Shown here: positions 27,374-37,268 of the stretch, piece by piece
Layout: every line of letters starts with the position of its first letter
Position numbering within the stretch: position 1 is the first letter of the stretch
Assembly: GCA_000995185.1 (NCBI GenBank)
Contig: LCET01000003.1
Location: forward strand, 6,989-70,988
Direction: 5' to 3'
Origin: Candidatus Woesebacteria bacterium GW2011_GWC1_42_9
GTDB taxonomy: Bacteria; Patescibacteriota; Microgenomatia; UBA8517
Length of the DNA: 64,000 nucleotides
The notes under the pieces: model-generated
Databases searched by the model: none
Seen by the model: the letters and a program-made list of their open reading frames with translations, nothing else
Told to the model about the DNA's origin: nothing
Program-made: the position numbers and the translations under genes

Positions 27374-30300
27374 ATGAAAGTAATTAAAAAGAGTATTAAT
27401 CTCGGAGATCGAGAATTAACCCTCACTATCGGAAAATTAGCTGAACAAGCCCAAGGGGCAGTACTCGCTCAATATGGCGAGACTGTTGTGTTGGCCACAG
27501 TTACTTCTTCTCGTCTCAAGGAAGATTTGGGGTATTTCCCTCTTACCGTAGAATATCAAGAGAGGCTGTATGCTGGTGGGAGAATAAAAGGTAGCCGGTG
27601 GGTAAAGCGGGACGGTAGACCTGCCGATGACCATATTCTTTCTGCACGTCTCATTGATAGATCCATCCGCCCTCTTTTTCCGAAAGAATATGATAATGAA
27701 GTCCAAGTTGTTGTAACTGTCCTTTCTGTGGACTTGAAGAATGACCCGGTAGCAATTGCCCCTGTTGCCGTTTCCGCCGCGCTTGCTCTCTCCCCAATTC
27801 CCTGGCTTGGACCGATAGGATCGGTAACCGTTGGGATGAGTGATGGTAAGTTTGTTGCTAACCCTCAAAATGGCGATCTTAAAAATTCAAAAATGGAATT
27901 GGTTGTTTCATCCACCGACAAAGCCATTGTGATGATTGAAGCTGGTGCAAATGAAGCCAGTGAAGAAGATATTTTGGGAGGTGTCGAGTTTGCATATAAA
28001 GAGTCCAAAAAGATAATTAAATTTATTAGTGACTTAGTCAAGGAGGCGGGGTCTAAAAAGGAAGCAATTGAGAAGGAGAAAGCTGACCCTAAGCTAGAAT
28101 CTAAAGTCAAAAAGATCGTTTCAAAGGAGTTGGAAAGCTTAGCCAAAAAAATTGCCGCTAAGGAAGCAAGCTTTGGGGATCTTGATGTGTTGAAAGCTTC
28201 CATGGTGGACCATGTGGGGGAAGAGAATTTGGAAAAAGCAGTTGAACTAATCGAGGATCTCTTTAAAGAGGAAGTTAGATCGATTATTTTGGGCGGGAGC
28301 AGGCCTGACGGTAGAAAATACGAAGAAATAAGGAAGCTCAGTTCCGAAGTGAGTGTGTTGCCAAGGACCCACGGGTCAGCGATTTTTAAGCGCGGGTCTA
28401 CACAGGCGCTTACAGTCACCACATTAGGCGCGCCGTCACTAGGGCAACTAATTGAATCGGCCGAAGGGGAGGAAGAAAAGCGCTATATTCATCACTATTC
28501 TATGCCGCCATATGCCACAGGGGAGACGGGAAGGATTGGGTCACCCGGGAGGCGGGAGATTGGGCATGGTGCACTGGCCGAGCGAGCCTTGATTCCAGTA
28601 ATTCCTGGCAATGAAGAGTTTCCATACGCGATTTATTTGGTTAGTGAGATTATGAGTTCAAACGGATCAAGTTCAATGGCGTCGGTCTGCGGCTCGACAA
28701 TGTCTTTGATGGACGCAGGTGTTCCCATCAAAAGGCCAGTTTCGGGGATTGCAATGGGACTTGTGATAGACGCGAAGAAGATCGCAATTTTGTCCGATAT
28801 TGCTGGGATTGAGGACTACTACGGCGATATGGATTTTAAAGTTGCAGGATCAGTAAATGGCATTACCGCGCTTCAGCTTGATGTTAAAACTTTGTCACTT
28901 ACCCCAGACATATTGAAAAAGGCCCTTTCTCAGGCAAAAGCAGGACGCGCTGAGATATTAAAGTCTATGCTTGCGACCATTGATAAAGCCCGGGAAAAAG
29001 TCTCGGAGCATGCACCGAAAATAAAATCAACGAAGATTGATCCAAGCAAAATTGGTGAGGTCATTGGTCCGGGGGGAAAGACTATTAAAAATATTATCGC
29101 GACTACCGGGGCTGATGTTGACGTTGAAGATGATGGAACTGTCAGTGTTTCTGGGATAGATGGCGAGAAGGTAAACGAGGCACTCGCTTGGGTAGAGAAT
29201 CTGGTAAAAGAAGTTGAACCAGGTGAAATTTATGAGGGAACAGTTAAGAGAATAGAATCTTTTGGCGCTTTTGTCGCAGTGCTTCCTGGTAAAGAAGGGC
29301 TTGTGCATGTCTCTGATATGTCTGAAGGATTTGTGGAAGATGCGAATAAGGTAGTTAAATTAGGCGACAAAGTGCAGGTTAGAGTTAAGGAGATTGATAA
29401 CCTGGGGAGGATTAATTTATCAATGATTTTGGACCCAAGCAAAGAGAAAAAAAGGCCCCCTCAGAGAGATTTCCGCAAGGGCGGTCAAAGGAGAAGTTTT
29501 AATCGTCCCAGAGTGGGAAGGTCTGGCTCTGGACCGCATTTCCCGACAAGTAGATTAGTCTCGCAAAGGAGAGAAAAAGATAAAGGCTCACTGAAAATAA
29601 AAGGCGGCTCGGTGTTTAATATCAAAAACTTGGACGTCGAGGTGCCTCTCGGCCGGCTGGTTGCGGTAACCGGCGTATCGGGCTCGGGCAAGTCGTCGTT
29701 CCTCTACGAAATTTTGCACGAAAAGACTTTTTTGCCGGAACTAGATCGGATAGGCCGTTATGTTGACTGGATAGTTGCTCTTCCTTGGGAAAAGCGGACT
29801 AAAGACATCTTAGATATTCAAAAAGCTAAAGAAACAATGGATAAAAATCATTATGGATTGCTGGCACTAAAAGATCGAGTGATTGAGTATATGTCAGTCA
29901 TGATACTTAAATCTCAAAGTCGGGAAATTGCCCGTGCGCCGATATTGTGTTTTGTGGGATTAGTGGGGACTGGCAAAACAACAATTGCGGCGTCTATCGC
30001 GGAAGCATTGGGAAGAAAATTTGCAAGGATCCCATTTGGAGGGATGGGAGATCCGTTGGACCTTCGTGGGCAATCAAAAGCACATGCAGAAGCTGAACCA
30101 GGAAAGGTCATTAAAGCCCTTCGCAGCGCCGAGAGCAAAAACCCGGTGATCCTTTTGGATGAAATTGATCGAGTGACTGACGAAGGCAGAGCTTCGATAA
30201 TGGGTGTATTAGTCGAGCTTTTAGATCCCAGGCAAAACCAAGCTTTTGTGGACCATTATATCGATTATCCTTTTGATTTGTCTGAAGCTATTTTTATCGC

Positions 30301-30640
30301 GACTGCTAACAATACGACCGGGATAGCTACAGCAGTGATGGATAGGCTTGAGCCGATCACCATGCCAAGCTATACAGACCAAGAGAAAATTGAGATTGGA
30401 CGAAAATATTTATTACCCCGGGCATTATTGGAATCAGGAATCCCCAATGGAGCAATAGTTTTCGATGATGGTGTTTGGCCGCAAATTGTTCGCCCCTTGG
30501 GGTTTGATGCCGGGATCAGGACTTTGGAAAGGACTATTAAAGGTGTAGTGAGTAAAGTTGCGAGAATGGTTGTGGAAGGAAAGACCCAAACAATTACAAT
30601 TAATGGAGAAAATGTCAAAGAATATATGCCTCAATGGTAA
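27374..30640 (+). CDS. pnp: Chimeric ORF: PNPase (27374 to ~29565) + UvrA fragment (~29566-29722) + Lon-type AAA+ domain (~29723-30640)
   Basis: PNPase: FPLTVEYQER, RREIGHGALAERA, SNGSSSMASVCG, GDMDFKVAG, KH and S1. UvrA: NIKNLDVEVPLG..TGVSGSGKSS. Lon: CFVGLVGTGKT, NPVILLDEIDR, FVDHYIDYPFDLS. Confidence 0.85.
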   Translation: MKVIKKSINLGDRELTLTIGKLAEQAQGAVLAQYGETVVLATVTSSRLKEDLGYFPLTVEYQERLYAGGRIKGSRWVKRDGRPADDHILSARLIDRSIRPLFPKEYDNEVQVVVTVLSVDLKNDPVAIAPVAVSAALALSPIPWLGPIGSVTVGMSDGKFVANPQNGDLKNSKMELVVSSTDKAIVMIEAGANEASEEDILGGVEFAYKESKKIIKFISDLVKEAGSKKEAIEKEKADPKLESKVKKIVSKELESLAKKIAAKEASFGDLDVLKASMVDHVGEENLEKAVELIEDLFKEEVRSIILGGSRPDGRKYEEIRKLSSEVSVLPRTHGSAIFKRGSTQALTVTTLGAPSLGQLIESAEGEEEKRYIHHYSMPPYATGETGRIGSPGRREIGHGALAERALIPVIPGNEEFPYAIYLVSEIMSSNGSSSMASVCGSTMSLMDAGVPIKRPVSGIAMGLVIDAKKIAILSDIAGIEDYYGDMDFKVAGSVNGITALQLDVKTLSLTPDILKKALSQAKAGRAEILKSMLATIDKAREKVSEHAPKIKSTKIDPSKIGEVIGPGGKTIKNIIATTGADVDVEDDGTVSVSGIDGEKVNEALAWVENLVKEVEPGEIYEGTVKRIESFGAFVAVLPGKEGLVHVSDMSEGFVEDANKVVKLGDKVQVRVKEIDNLGRINLSMILDPSKEKKRPPQRDFRKGGQRRSFNRPRVGRSGSGPHFPTSRLVSQRREKDKGSLKIKGGSVFNIKNLDVEVPLGRLVAVTGVSGSGKSSFLYEILHEKTFLPELDRIGRYVDWIVALPWEKRTKDILDIQKAKETMDKNHYGLLALKDRVIEYMSVMILKSQSREIARAPILCFVGLVGTGKTTIAASIAEALGRKFARIPFGGMGDPLDLRGQSKAHAEAEPGKVIKALRSAESKNPVILLDEIDRVTDEGRASIMGVLVELLDPRQNQAFVDHYIDYPFDLSEAIFIATANNTTGIATAVMDRLEPITMPSYTDQEKIEIGRKYLLPRALLESGIPNGAIVFDDGVWPQIVRPLGFDAGIRTLERTIKGVVSKVARMVVEGKTQTITINGENVKEYMPQW

Positions 30641-32289
30641 ACCTTAAATTTATAGCCTTATCAGGCTCCACTGGAGTAACCGAGAACCTTTATGTTTACG
30701 AGTACGGAGATGATTTGATAATGGTGGATTGTGGGGTAGGTTTTCCGGAGCCGGAGATGTATGGGATTGATTTAGTGATCCCAGATTTTTCCTACCTGAG
30801 GAGTAATCGCAAAAAATTGAAAGCTATTTTTATCTCTCACGGTCACGAGGATCATTTAGGAGCACTTCCATTTTTGCTTCGGGAATTTAAAGTGCCTGTT
30901 TATGGTACAAAATTGACGATCGGTTTTATCAATGACAAGCTTGAGGATTATAAGGTTTTTGGAGCGAAACTCAAAGTAATTGATCCTGAAGGACCTGCTG
31001 TTCGAGCTGGCAATTTAAGTGTGACCCCCTTTAGAATTGCTCATTCGGTTCCGGATGCGGTCGGATTTGTTATTGATACGCCTGTTGGAAAAGTTTTCCA
31101 TGTCCCTGACTATAAATTTGATTGGACCCCTGTCGATGGGAAGCCCTTTGATATCGCTCGCGCTTCGATGCTTGCGGCAGAGGGGGTACTCGCATTGGCG
31201 TCTGATTCTTTAGGGTCGACCACGCCTGGATATACTGAAAGTGAAAAAACTATCGAGGGAGAAATAGAAAATATAGTTAAAAAATCTCACGGTAAGGTAT
31301 TTTTTACGACAGTTTCTTCGAATATTTCCCGGATGCAGCAGGCTATAAATGTAGCGGTAAAGTATAATCGAAAAGTTTGTTTCGCAGGCAGATCTATTGA
31401 AAGGAAAGCCGAGATCGCTAAAAGTTTAGGGTATTTAAATTACAAACAGAATTGGATAGTAAGCCTAAACAAGTTGAGACGCGCAAATAGTAAACAGATT
31501 ATGTTTATAATTTCTGGTTCATATGGGCAAATGGGAAGTACGCTTTATAAAGTTGCCTTGGGGGAACATAAGAAGTTGTCACTCAGTCCTCAAGATACGG
31601 TTATTTTCTCAGCAGACCCAGCCCCTCCAGGATCGAAACAGAATGTTGATTATGTCGTTGATCGGTTAATTGAATCCGGGGTTGATGTTCACTACTATGA
31701 CATTCAAGAAAACCTGCATGTCTCAGGCCACGGCAGTCAAAACGACATCAGGACTCTTTTTGGTTTAGTTAAGCCAAAATATTTTATTCCAATTGGGGGG
31801 ACGATTAGACATAATCGGGCATACAGTGAGATTGCGCAGGGCATGGGAGCACGTAAAAATCAAGTATTTGAACTCTCCCCCGGCGAGGTGCTGGAATTTG
31901 GGCATGATGGCTCGGCAAGAAGAGGAAAATCAGTTTCAGCGCGGGAGATTTTGATTGACGGGCTGGAAGTTGGAGGGGTTGACAGTATTGTCTTAAGAGA
32001 CCGGAAGATACTGGCTGAGGAAGGCGTGGTGATAGTAGTAATAAAGTTTGACACCGTTAAGCGGCAAGTTCTAGAAAGTTTGGAGATTATTAGTCGCGGA
32101 TTTGTTTTTGAAAAAGCGAAAAGAGAATTTTTAAGGGTTTCCGCACAAAAATTAGTGAGTTTCTTAAACAAAAAGCAGATTAGGGATAGCCATACATTAA
32201 AAGCACAAACTGTAAATTTTTTGGAAATGCATTTTGAAAGAGCGACTGGCCGCCGCCCCATGATTCTTCCCGCCGTAATCGAATTATAA
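30634..32289 (+). CDS. rnj: Ribonuclease J
   Basis: SHGHEDHLGA, HSVPD, DYKFDWTP, LHVSGH, RRPMILP. Confidence 0.95.
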   Translation: MVNLKFIALSGSTGVTENLYVYEYGDDLIMVDCGVGFPEPEMYGIDLVIPDFSYLRSNRKKLKAIFISHGHEDHLGALPFLLREFKVPVYGTKLTIGFINDKLEDYKVFGAKLKVIDPEGPAVRAGNLSVTPFRIAHSVPDAVGFVIDTPVGKVFHVPDYKFDWTPVDGKPFDIARASMLAAEGVLALASDSLGSTTPGYTESEKTIEGEIENIVKKSHGKVFFTTVSSNISRMQQAINVAVKYNRKVCFAGRSIERKAEIAKSLGYLNYKQNWIVSLNKLRRANSKQIMFIISGSYGQMGSTLYKVALGEHKKLSLSPQDTVIFSADPAPPGSKQNVDYVVDRLIESGVDVHYYDIQENLHVSGHGSQNDIRTLFGLVKPKYFIPIGGTIRHNRAYSEIAQGMGARKNQVFELSPGEVLEFGHDGSARRGKSVSAREILIDGLEVGGVDSIVLRDRKILAEEGVVIVVIKFDTVKRQVLESLEIISRGFVFEKAKREFLRVSAQKLVSFLNKKQIRDSHTLKAQTVNFLEMHFERATGRRPMILPAVIEL

Positions 32290-32363
32290 ACCTATAATAT
32301 TGAAACTTCTTCAGATTTCTGGTAGAATGGCCTATCTATTCGGTAGTTTTGGAGCTGAATTCA

Positions 32364-32570
32364 ATGTTTGTTGAAATTGGCAAAACTTACGAAGTGGGAA
32401 TTGCCGAAGATATTATGCGTATGCACGCTCTTGTTGAAGTACTAGGGAGAAATCCTTATTTCTCCGGAGGGTGGCGATGCAAGATCGTAAGGCATCTTTG
32501 TGGGGAGAATACCTTGGATGTTGGAAAGGAAGCTACCTTTTTCCCAGACGAGCTTAAACCCCACAATTAA
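32364..32570 (+). CDS. Small hypothetical protein
   Basis: ORF preceded by TTGAAA-17-TAGAAT (about 32300-32328); no motif recognised. Confidence 0.5.
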   Translation: MFVEIGKTYEVGIAEDIMRMHALVEVLGRNPYFSGGWRCKIVRHLCGENTLDVGKEATFFPDELKPHN

Positions 32571-32629
32571 TTTATACCCCTGGTCATGCACCGCTTGGCC
32601 AGGGGCAAGTTCTTCACTATAATGATTAC

Positions 32630-35269
32630 ATGGGAAGGAAGCGCAGAAAGAAGGGCTCCAGAAAGTCATCAAGAGGATTTGGGATATCCCTTAAGAGGGA
32701 AACAATTTTTTCTGTGATCCAGATTGGTTTTTTTGCTCTTTCGGGACTTGTGGTGATCTCTTTTTCGAGAAGAGGGAGTGCCTTGGTCCGCTTAAATGAT
32801 TTATTGGTTTTATACTTTGCATGGTCAAGCATTTTTCTTCCATTTATTTTTCTCTCTATCGGATTTATGATTTCAAGATTGAGATTCCCCTTGGGGCAAG
32901 CCAACGTCGTCATTGGAATGCTTTTGTTTTTTGTTTCCTTTTCTACTCTCACGCGTGCTGGGATAGTAGGGCGCACCAGTTGGGAGGGGGTAGAGGTTTT
33001 AGTCACCCCTGCCGGGGCTTTTTTGGTGCTTTTGGGGACAAGCATTGCTGGATTAATTGTTCTTTTTAATACTTCCTTTGATCGGGTTTTAATTATTACT
33101 GGGGCAATTCTTCGGCAGATACGCTACTATCTGATCGGAGATAAAAGTTTTAAGACTCCAGGATTTTCTGGAAAACGGGGTTTAAAGGTCCTTGGGGGCA
33201 ATCAATCATCTCAGGGTAACCAAAAACCGATCTCCGATAAAGGCAATACGGAAGCGAAAGAAAGCCTTGCTCCTAAACTAGTCAGTAATATGCCGGGGGA
33301 TGACAAAGTTTGGAAATATCCTTCCCTAGACTTATTGGAAGGATCTCACCAAGGAAAAGCTGATCGAGGAGATATTAAAAGTAATGCGGCAGTTATTGAG
33401 CAGACCTTGGAAAGTTTTGGGATTACCGCGAGAGTGGTTGAGGTAAACCTGGGCCCTGCGGTAACTCAATACGCTCTCGAAGTAGCCTTGGGGACAAAAT
33501 TATCAAAAATTACGGCTCTTGAGCGCGACCTTGCGCTTGCTCTAGCCGCGCCAAATGGCTCAATTAGGATTGAAGCGCCCATTCCAGGGAGAAGTTTGGT
33601 CGGGATAGAACTCCCTAACAAGACTCCAGAGTTTGTACCTTTAAAGACGATGCTTTCATCAGAAGTGATGGAAAAGACTCAGTCTAAATTGGCGGTGTCC
33701 TTGGGCCTGGATGTGGCTGGGAATCCGGTGATTGCTGATTTGGCTGACATGCCGCATATCTTAATTGCGGGACAGACTGGCTCTGGGAAGAGTGTGTGTA
33801 TAAATGCATTTCTTAATACCCTTCTTTTTAGGGCTTCTCCGTCGGAAATAAAATTGATATTAGTTGATCCTAAGCGAGTGGAGTTAACAGGATACAACGA
33901 CATTCCGCATTTGTTATCCCCTGTGATCGTTGAGCCTGAGAAGGTCGTCTCTGCCTTGAGGTGGATACTTTCTGAAATGGATCGAAGATATAAGCTTTTT
34001 GCTCAAGCAGGAGCAAGAAACATCGCCGGGTATAATGAAATGAGTGGATTTCAAGCTCTTCCCTATATCATCCTTGTTATTGACGAGTTGGCGGATGTTA
34101 TGCTTTTTTCCCCAGCCGAGGTGGAGGACTCTATCACCAGAATTGCACAAATGAGCCGAGCCACAGGAATTCATATGATTTTGGCTACACAGCGCCCTTC
34201 AGTCGATGTCATCACGGGGTTAATCAAAGCAAATATTCCCTGTAGAATTGCGTTTGCCGTTTCCTCACAAGTTGATTCGCGGGTAATCCTTGATTCACAA
34301 GGAGCAGAGAAATTGTTAGGCCGAGGGGATATGCTTTACCTATCTCCATCTCAAGCAAAGGCCATGAGAGTGCAGGGAGCGTACGTCTCGGACAAAGAAA
34401 TTAATGCACTCATTTCGTTTATGAGAAACCTGGGAATTAATCCTCAATACACAGAAGAAGTGGTTGCAATGGCAAAACCGGGAAGTATGTCCGTTCCTGG
34501 GATTAATGGAGATACGGATGATAAATTTAGGGAGGCAGTGGAGCTTGTTTGTCAGTTTGATCGGGCATCGGCAAGTTTACTACAGAGAAGGTTGTCGGTC
34601 GGATATGCTCGGGCGGCCAGGATTCTTGATCAATTAGAGTCGGCCGGAGTGGTCGGGGGGAATTATCTTAAGAAGTCTCGTCTGTCAAAAAAATTATCTT
34701 TTGAGGATATTGAACGAGAGACAAGAATTAAAAAAGAATTCATCAAGTCGATTGAATCTGAAGATTGGGTGAACCTTCCGGAATTTACAGTGGTTGTAGG
34801 ATTTGTAAAAAACTTGGCCAGTTTCCTTAAAATAAACAGAACCAGAGCGTTGGCGTTATTAAGAAGGGATTACCCTCCGAGAAAACAGGAATTAGTCATC
34901 GAGCCAATCGCAATGAAAGTGTTTAAGTGGTCTCCGCGTCTAACTTTCTTAATAGGAATTGTGTTAATTGGCCTTACAGTGGTCGGGTATCTTGGTTTCC
35001 AATACAAGGGTTTTATTTCCCCCCCATTTTTGGAAGTAAAAACTCCGTATGAAAATCAAGATGTTTACGAACCAAGTCTATTGGTTACTGGTAGAACTGA
35101 CGCCGGGGCGACAGTGAGAGTAAATAACCAACCAGCTTTAATTGATGAAAGTGGTGAGTTTGTGTCTGAAATTGAGATTTCTCCCGACACAAATTCTGTT
35201 GAAATTAAGGCAATTTCCCGCTCTGGAAAAGAAACTATGGTTCGTCGTACAATTAACCCCAAGTTTTAA
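32630..35269 (+). CDS. ftsK: DNA translocase FtsK (to ~34657) joined in frame to a RodZ-like HTH-TM-Ig protein (~34658-35269)
   Basis: N-terminal TMs, HILIAGQTGSGKS, DPKRVEL, ATQRPS, gamma domain SASLLQRRLSVGYARAAR; then an HTH (RETRIKKEFIKSIE..LP..GFVKN), a TM and an Ig-like tail. Confidence 0.85.
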   Translation: MGRKRRKKGSRKSSRGFGISLKRETIFSVIQIGFFALSGLVVISFSRRGSALVRLNDLLVLYFAWSSIFLPFIFLSIGFMISRLRFPLGQANVVIGMLLFFVSFSTLTRAGIVGRTSWEGVEVLVTPAGAFLVLLGTSIAGLIVLFNTSFDRVLIITGAILRQIRYYLIGDKSFKTPGFSGKRGLKVLGGNQSSQGNQKPISDKGNTEAKESLAPKLVSNMPGDDKVWKYPSLDLLEGSHQGKADRGDIKSNAAVIEQTLESFGITARVVEVNLGPAVTQYALEVALGTKLSKITALERDLALALAAPNGSIRIEAPIPGRSLVGIELPNKTPEFVPLKTMLSSEVMEKTQSKLAVSLGLDVAGNPVIADLADMPHILIAGQTGSGKSVCINAFLNTLLFRASPSEIKLILVDPKRVELTGYNDIPHLLSPVIVEPEKVVSALRWILSEMDRRYKLFAQAGARNIAGYNEMSGFQALPYIILVIDELADVMLFSPAEVEDSITRIAQMSRATGIHMILATQRPSVDVITGLIKANIPCRIAFAVSSQVDSRVILDSQGAEKLLGRGDMLYLSPSQAKAMRVQGAYVSDKEINALISFMRNLGINPQYTEEVVAMAKPGSMSVPGINGDTDDKFREAVELVCQFDRASASLLQRRLSVGYARAARILDQLESAGVVGGNYLKKSRLSKKLSFEDIERETRIKKEFIKSIESEDWVNLPEFTVVVGFVKNLASFLKINRTRALALLRRDYPPRKQELVIEPIAMKVFKWSPRLTFLIGIVLIGLTVVGYLGFQYKGFISPPFLEVKTPYENQDVYEPSLLVTGRTDAGATVRVNNQPALIDESGEFVSEIEISPDTNSVEIKAISRSGKETMVRRTINPKF

Positions 35270-35272
35270 AAT

Positions 35273-35521
35273 ATGGAAGGAGTGCAAACATTATTGGTAG
35301 TGGTAGTTATTGCTCTTACGACATTGCTTGTGATTGTCGGAATACAGGTAATCTTAATTATCTTGGATCTGAGACGAGCTTTGCGTAGGCTAAATTCTAT
35401 TCTTGATGATGCGATTTTGGGTGGCGGGCTGATTAGTCCTGGGAAATTAACCGGCATTGTTGAAATGTTCAGGCGTAAAAAGACAATGAAGACCCATGGA
35501 TCGCAAGAGAATACTGTATAA
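35273..35521 (+). CDS. Small single-TM hypothetical protein
   Basis: Hydrophobic N-terminus followed by an amphipathic helix. Confidence 0.65.
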   Translation: MEGVQTLLVVVVIALTTLLVIVGIQVILIILDLRRALRRLNSILDDAILGGGLISPGKLTGIVEMFRRKKTMKTHGSQENTV

Positions 35522-35528
35522 TTTGGGC

Positions 35529-37262
35529 ATGACGACAGCTGAGATTCGGGCGAAATATTTGAAGTTTTTTATTGGGAAGCCGCGAAATCACAAAGAAATA
35601 TCCCCTGCTCCTCTCGTACCAGAGAACGATCCCACGACCCTTTTTACCTCTTCAGGGATGCAGCAATTGGTTCCCTATTTGACTGGGGAGAATCATCCAG
35701 AAGGCAAGCGCTTAGTTGATGTTCAACCCTCGATCAGATTGCAGGATATTGATGAAGTCGGTGATAATCGCCACACCACTTTTTTTGAAATGCTTGGCAA
35801 TTGGAGCTTGGGAGACTATTTCAAGGCGGAACAATTGCCTTGGGTCTGGGAATTTTTTACAAAAGAGCTTGGTTTAGATGGAAATCGTCTTTATGTGTCT
35901 TGTTTTGAGGGAAACAAAGAAGTGCCTCGCGACACAGAGTCTGCCAAAATTTGGAAGAAAATTAGAGTGCCTGAGGATCATATTTTCTTTTATGGAGTGA
36001 AGGAGAATTGGTGGAGCCGGTCTGGCCCGCCGAACAAAATGCCAGTCGGAGAAATTGGCGGCCCTGATTCTGAGATCTTTTACGAATTTACTCAAGTAAA
36101 ACATGATCCAAAATTTGGGGAAAAGTGTCACCCAAATTGTGAATGCGGGAGGTTTTTGGAAATTGGAAATTCTGTCTTTATACAATATCAAAAGACAAAA
36201 GAAGGACTAAAAGAACTTTCCCAAAAAAATGTTGATTTTGGCGGAGGGCTCGAGCGGATTGCTGCAGCAATGAATGATGATCCGGACGTTTTTAAGATAG
36301 ATGCTTTCGTTTTATTAATAAAAAAAATTTCAAGCGTGACAGGGAAGGCTTACAAGAGAAATGAAACATCAATGCGAATTATTGCAGACCACATGCGTGC
36401 GGCAAACATGATAATTCGCGAGGGAGTTGAGCCAAGTAATAAACAACAAGGGTATGTACTGCGAAGATTAATCAGGCGATCTGCGCTTAAGGTACGTGAC
36501 TTAAAGGGGAAACTTGTAGGTGGCGACTTAAGTTTAAACTTTGAAAGTGATATTGCAAAAGTTATTGAAGATGAGGTTGGCAGGTTTTCTATCTCGCTTG
36601 AGAAAGGGATGAAGCAAATTGAAAAAATTGATTCTGTAGATAGTAAAAAAGCTTTTGATTTATATCAAACTTATGGTTTTCCTTTCGAAGTAACGCAGGA
36701 AATTTTTGCGGATAAAGGACAAAAAATTGATAAAGATAAATTTCAGAAAGAGCTTGAGATGCATCAAGAGAAATCAAGGAGTGCTTCGGCGGGGAAGTTT
36801 AAAGGAGGGCTTGCAGATTCTTCGGAGGCGACTAAAAAGCTTCACACTGTCACACATTTATTGCATGCGGCACTAAGAAGCATATTGGGCGACCATGTGT
36901 CCCAAAAAGGATCTAATATAACTTCCGACCGCTTGCGATTTGATTTTTCTCATAAAGAGAAATTAAATGAAGATGAGATCAAGAAGGTTGAAGTCTTGAT
37001 AAATAAAGAGATCGACAAGGATCTTGAGGTCACAAGTGAGACGATGACCCTAGATGAAGCAAAAGATGCTGGTGCTTTGGCGTTTTTTGGACATAAATAT
37101 GACGAGTTGGTGAAAGTTTATTCGATTGGCAAGTTCTCAAAAGAAGTTTGTGGCGGTCCTCATGTTAAAAGGCTTTCTGAGATCAAAGGACATGTTAGAA
37201 TTAATAAGGAAGAGTCTGTGTCCTCCGGAGTAAGGAGGATTTATGCTGTTATTGAAAAATAG
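35529..37262 (+). CDS. alaS: Alanyl-tRNA synthetase, short form with editing domain but no C-Ala domain
   Basis: DPTTLFT.SGMQ, HTTFFEMLGNWS.GDYFK, GGLERI, HTVTHLLH, CGGPHV, GVRRI; start ATG 35529. Confidence 0.95.
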   Translation: MTTAEIRAKYLKFFIGKPRNHKEISPAPLVPENDPTTLFTSSGMQQLVPYLTGENHPEGKRLVDVQPSIRLQDIDEVGDNRHTTFFEMLGNWSLGDYFKAEQLPWVWEFFTKELGLDGNRLYVSCFEGNKEVPRDTESAKIWKKIRVPEDHIFFYGVKENWWSRSGPPNKMPVGEIGGPDSEIFYEFTQVKHDPKFGEKCHPNCECGRFLEIGNSVFIQYQKTKEGLKELSQKNVDFGGGLERIAAAMNDDPDVFKIDAFVLLIKKISSVTGKAYKRNETSMRIIADHMRAANMIIREGVEPSNKQQGYVLRRLIRRSALKVRDLKGKLVGGDLSLNFESDIAKVIEDEVGRFSISLEKGMKQIEKIDSVDSKKAFDLYQTYGFPFEVTQEIFADKGQKIDKDKFQKELEMHQEKSRSASAGKFKGGLADSSEATKKLHTVTHLLHAALRSILGDHVSQKGSNITSDRLRFDFSHKEKLNEDEIKKVEVLINKEIDKDLEVTSETMTLDEAKDAGALAFFGHKYDELVKVYSIGKFSKEVCGGPHVKRLSEIKGHVRINKEESVSSGVRRIYAVIEK

Positions 37263-37268
37263 CTGTCC

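Noticed and set aside
27374-30640. A genuine PNPase-ABC-Lon tri-functional enzyme
   Set aside because: The middle piece is read-length and GC-discordant, holds only a Walker A fragment, and similar scars occur elsewhere in the window; misassembly is simpler
35529-37262. alaS pseudogene (short length)
   Set aside because: Catalytic and editing motifs are intact and the stop is clean; consistent with a reduced AlaRS lacking C-Ala
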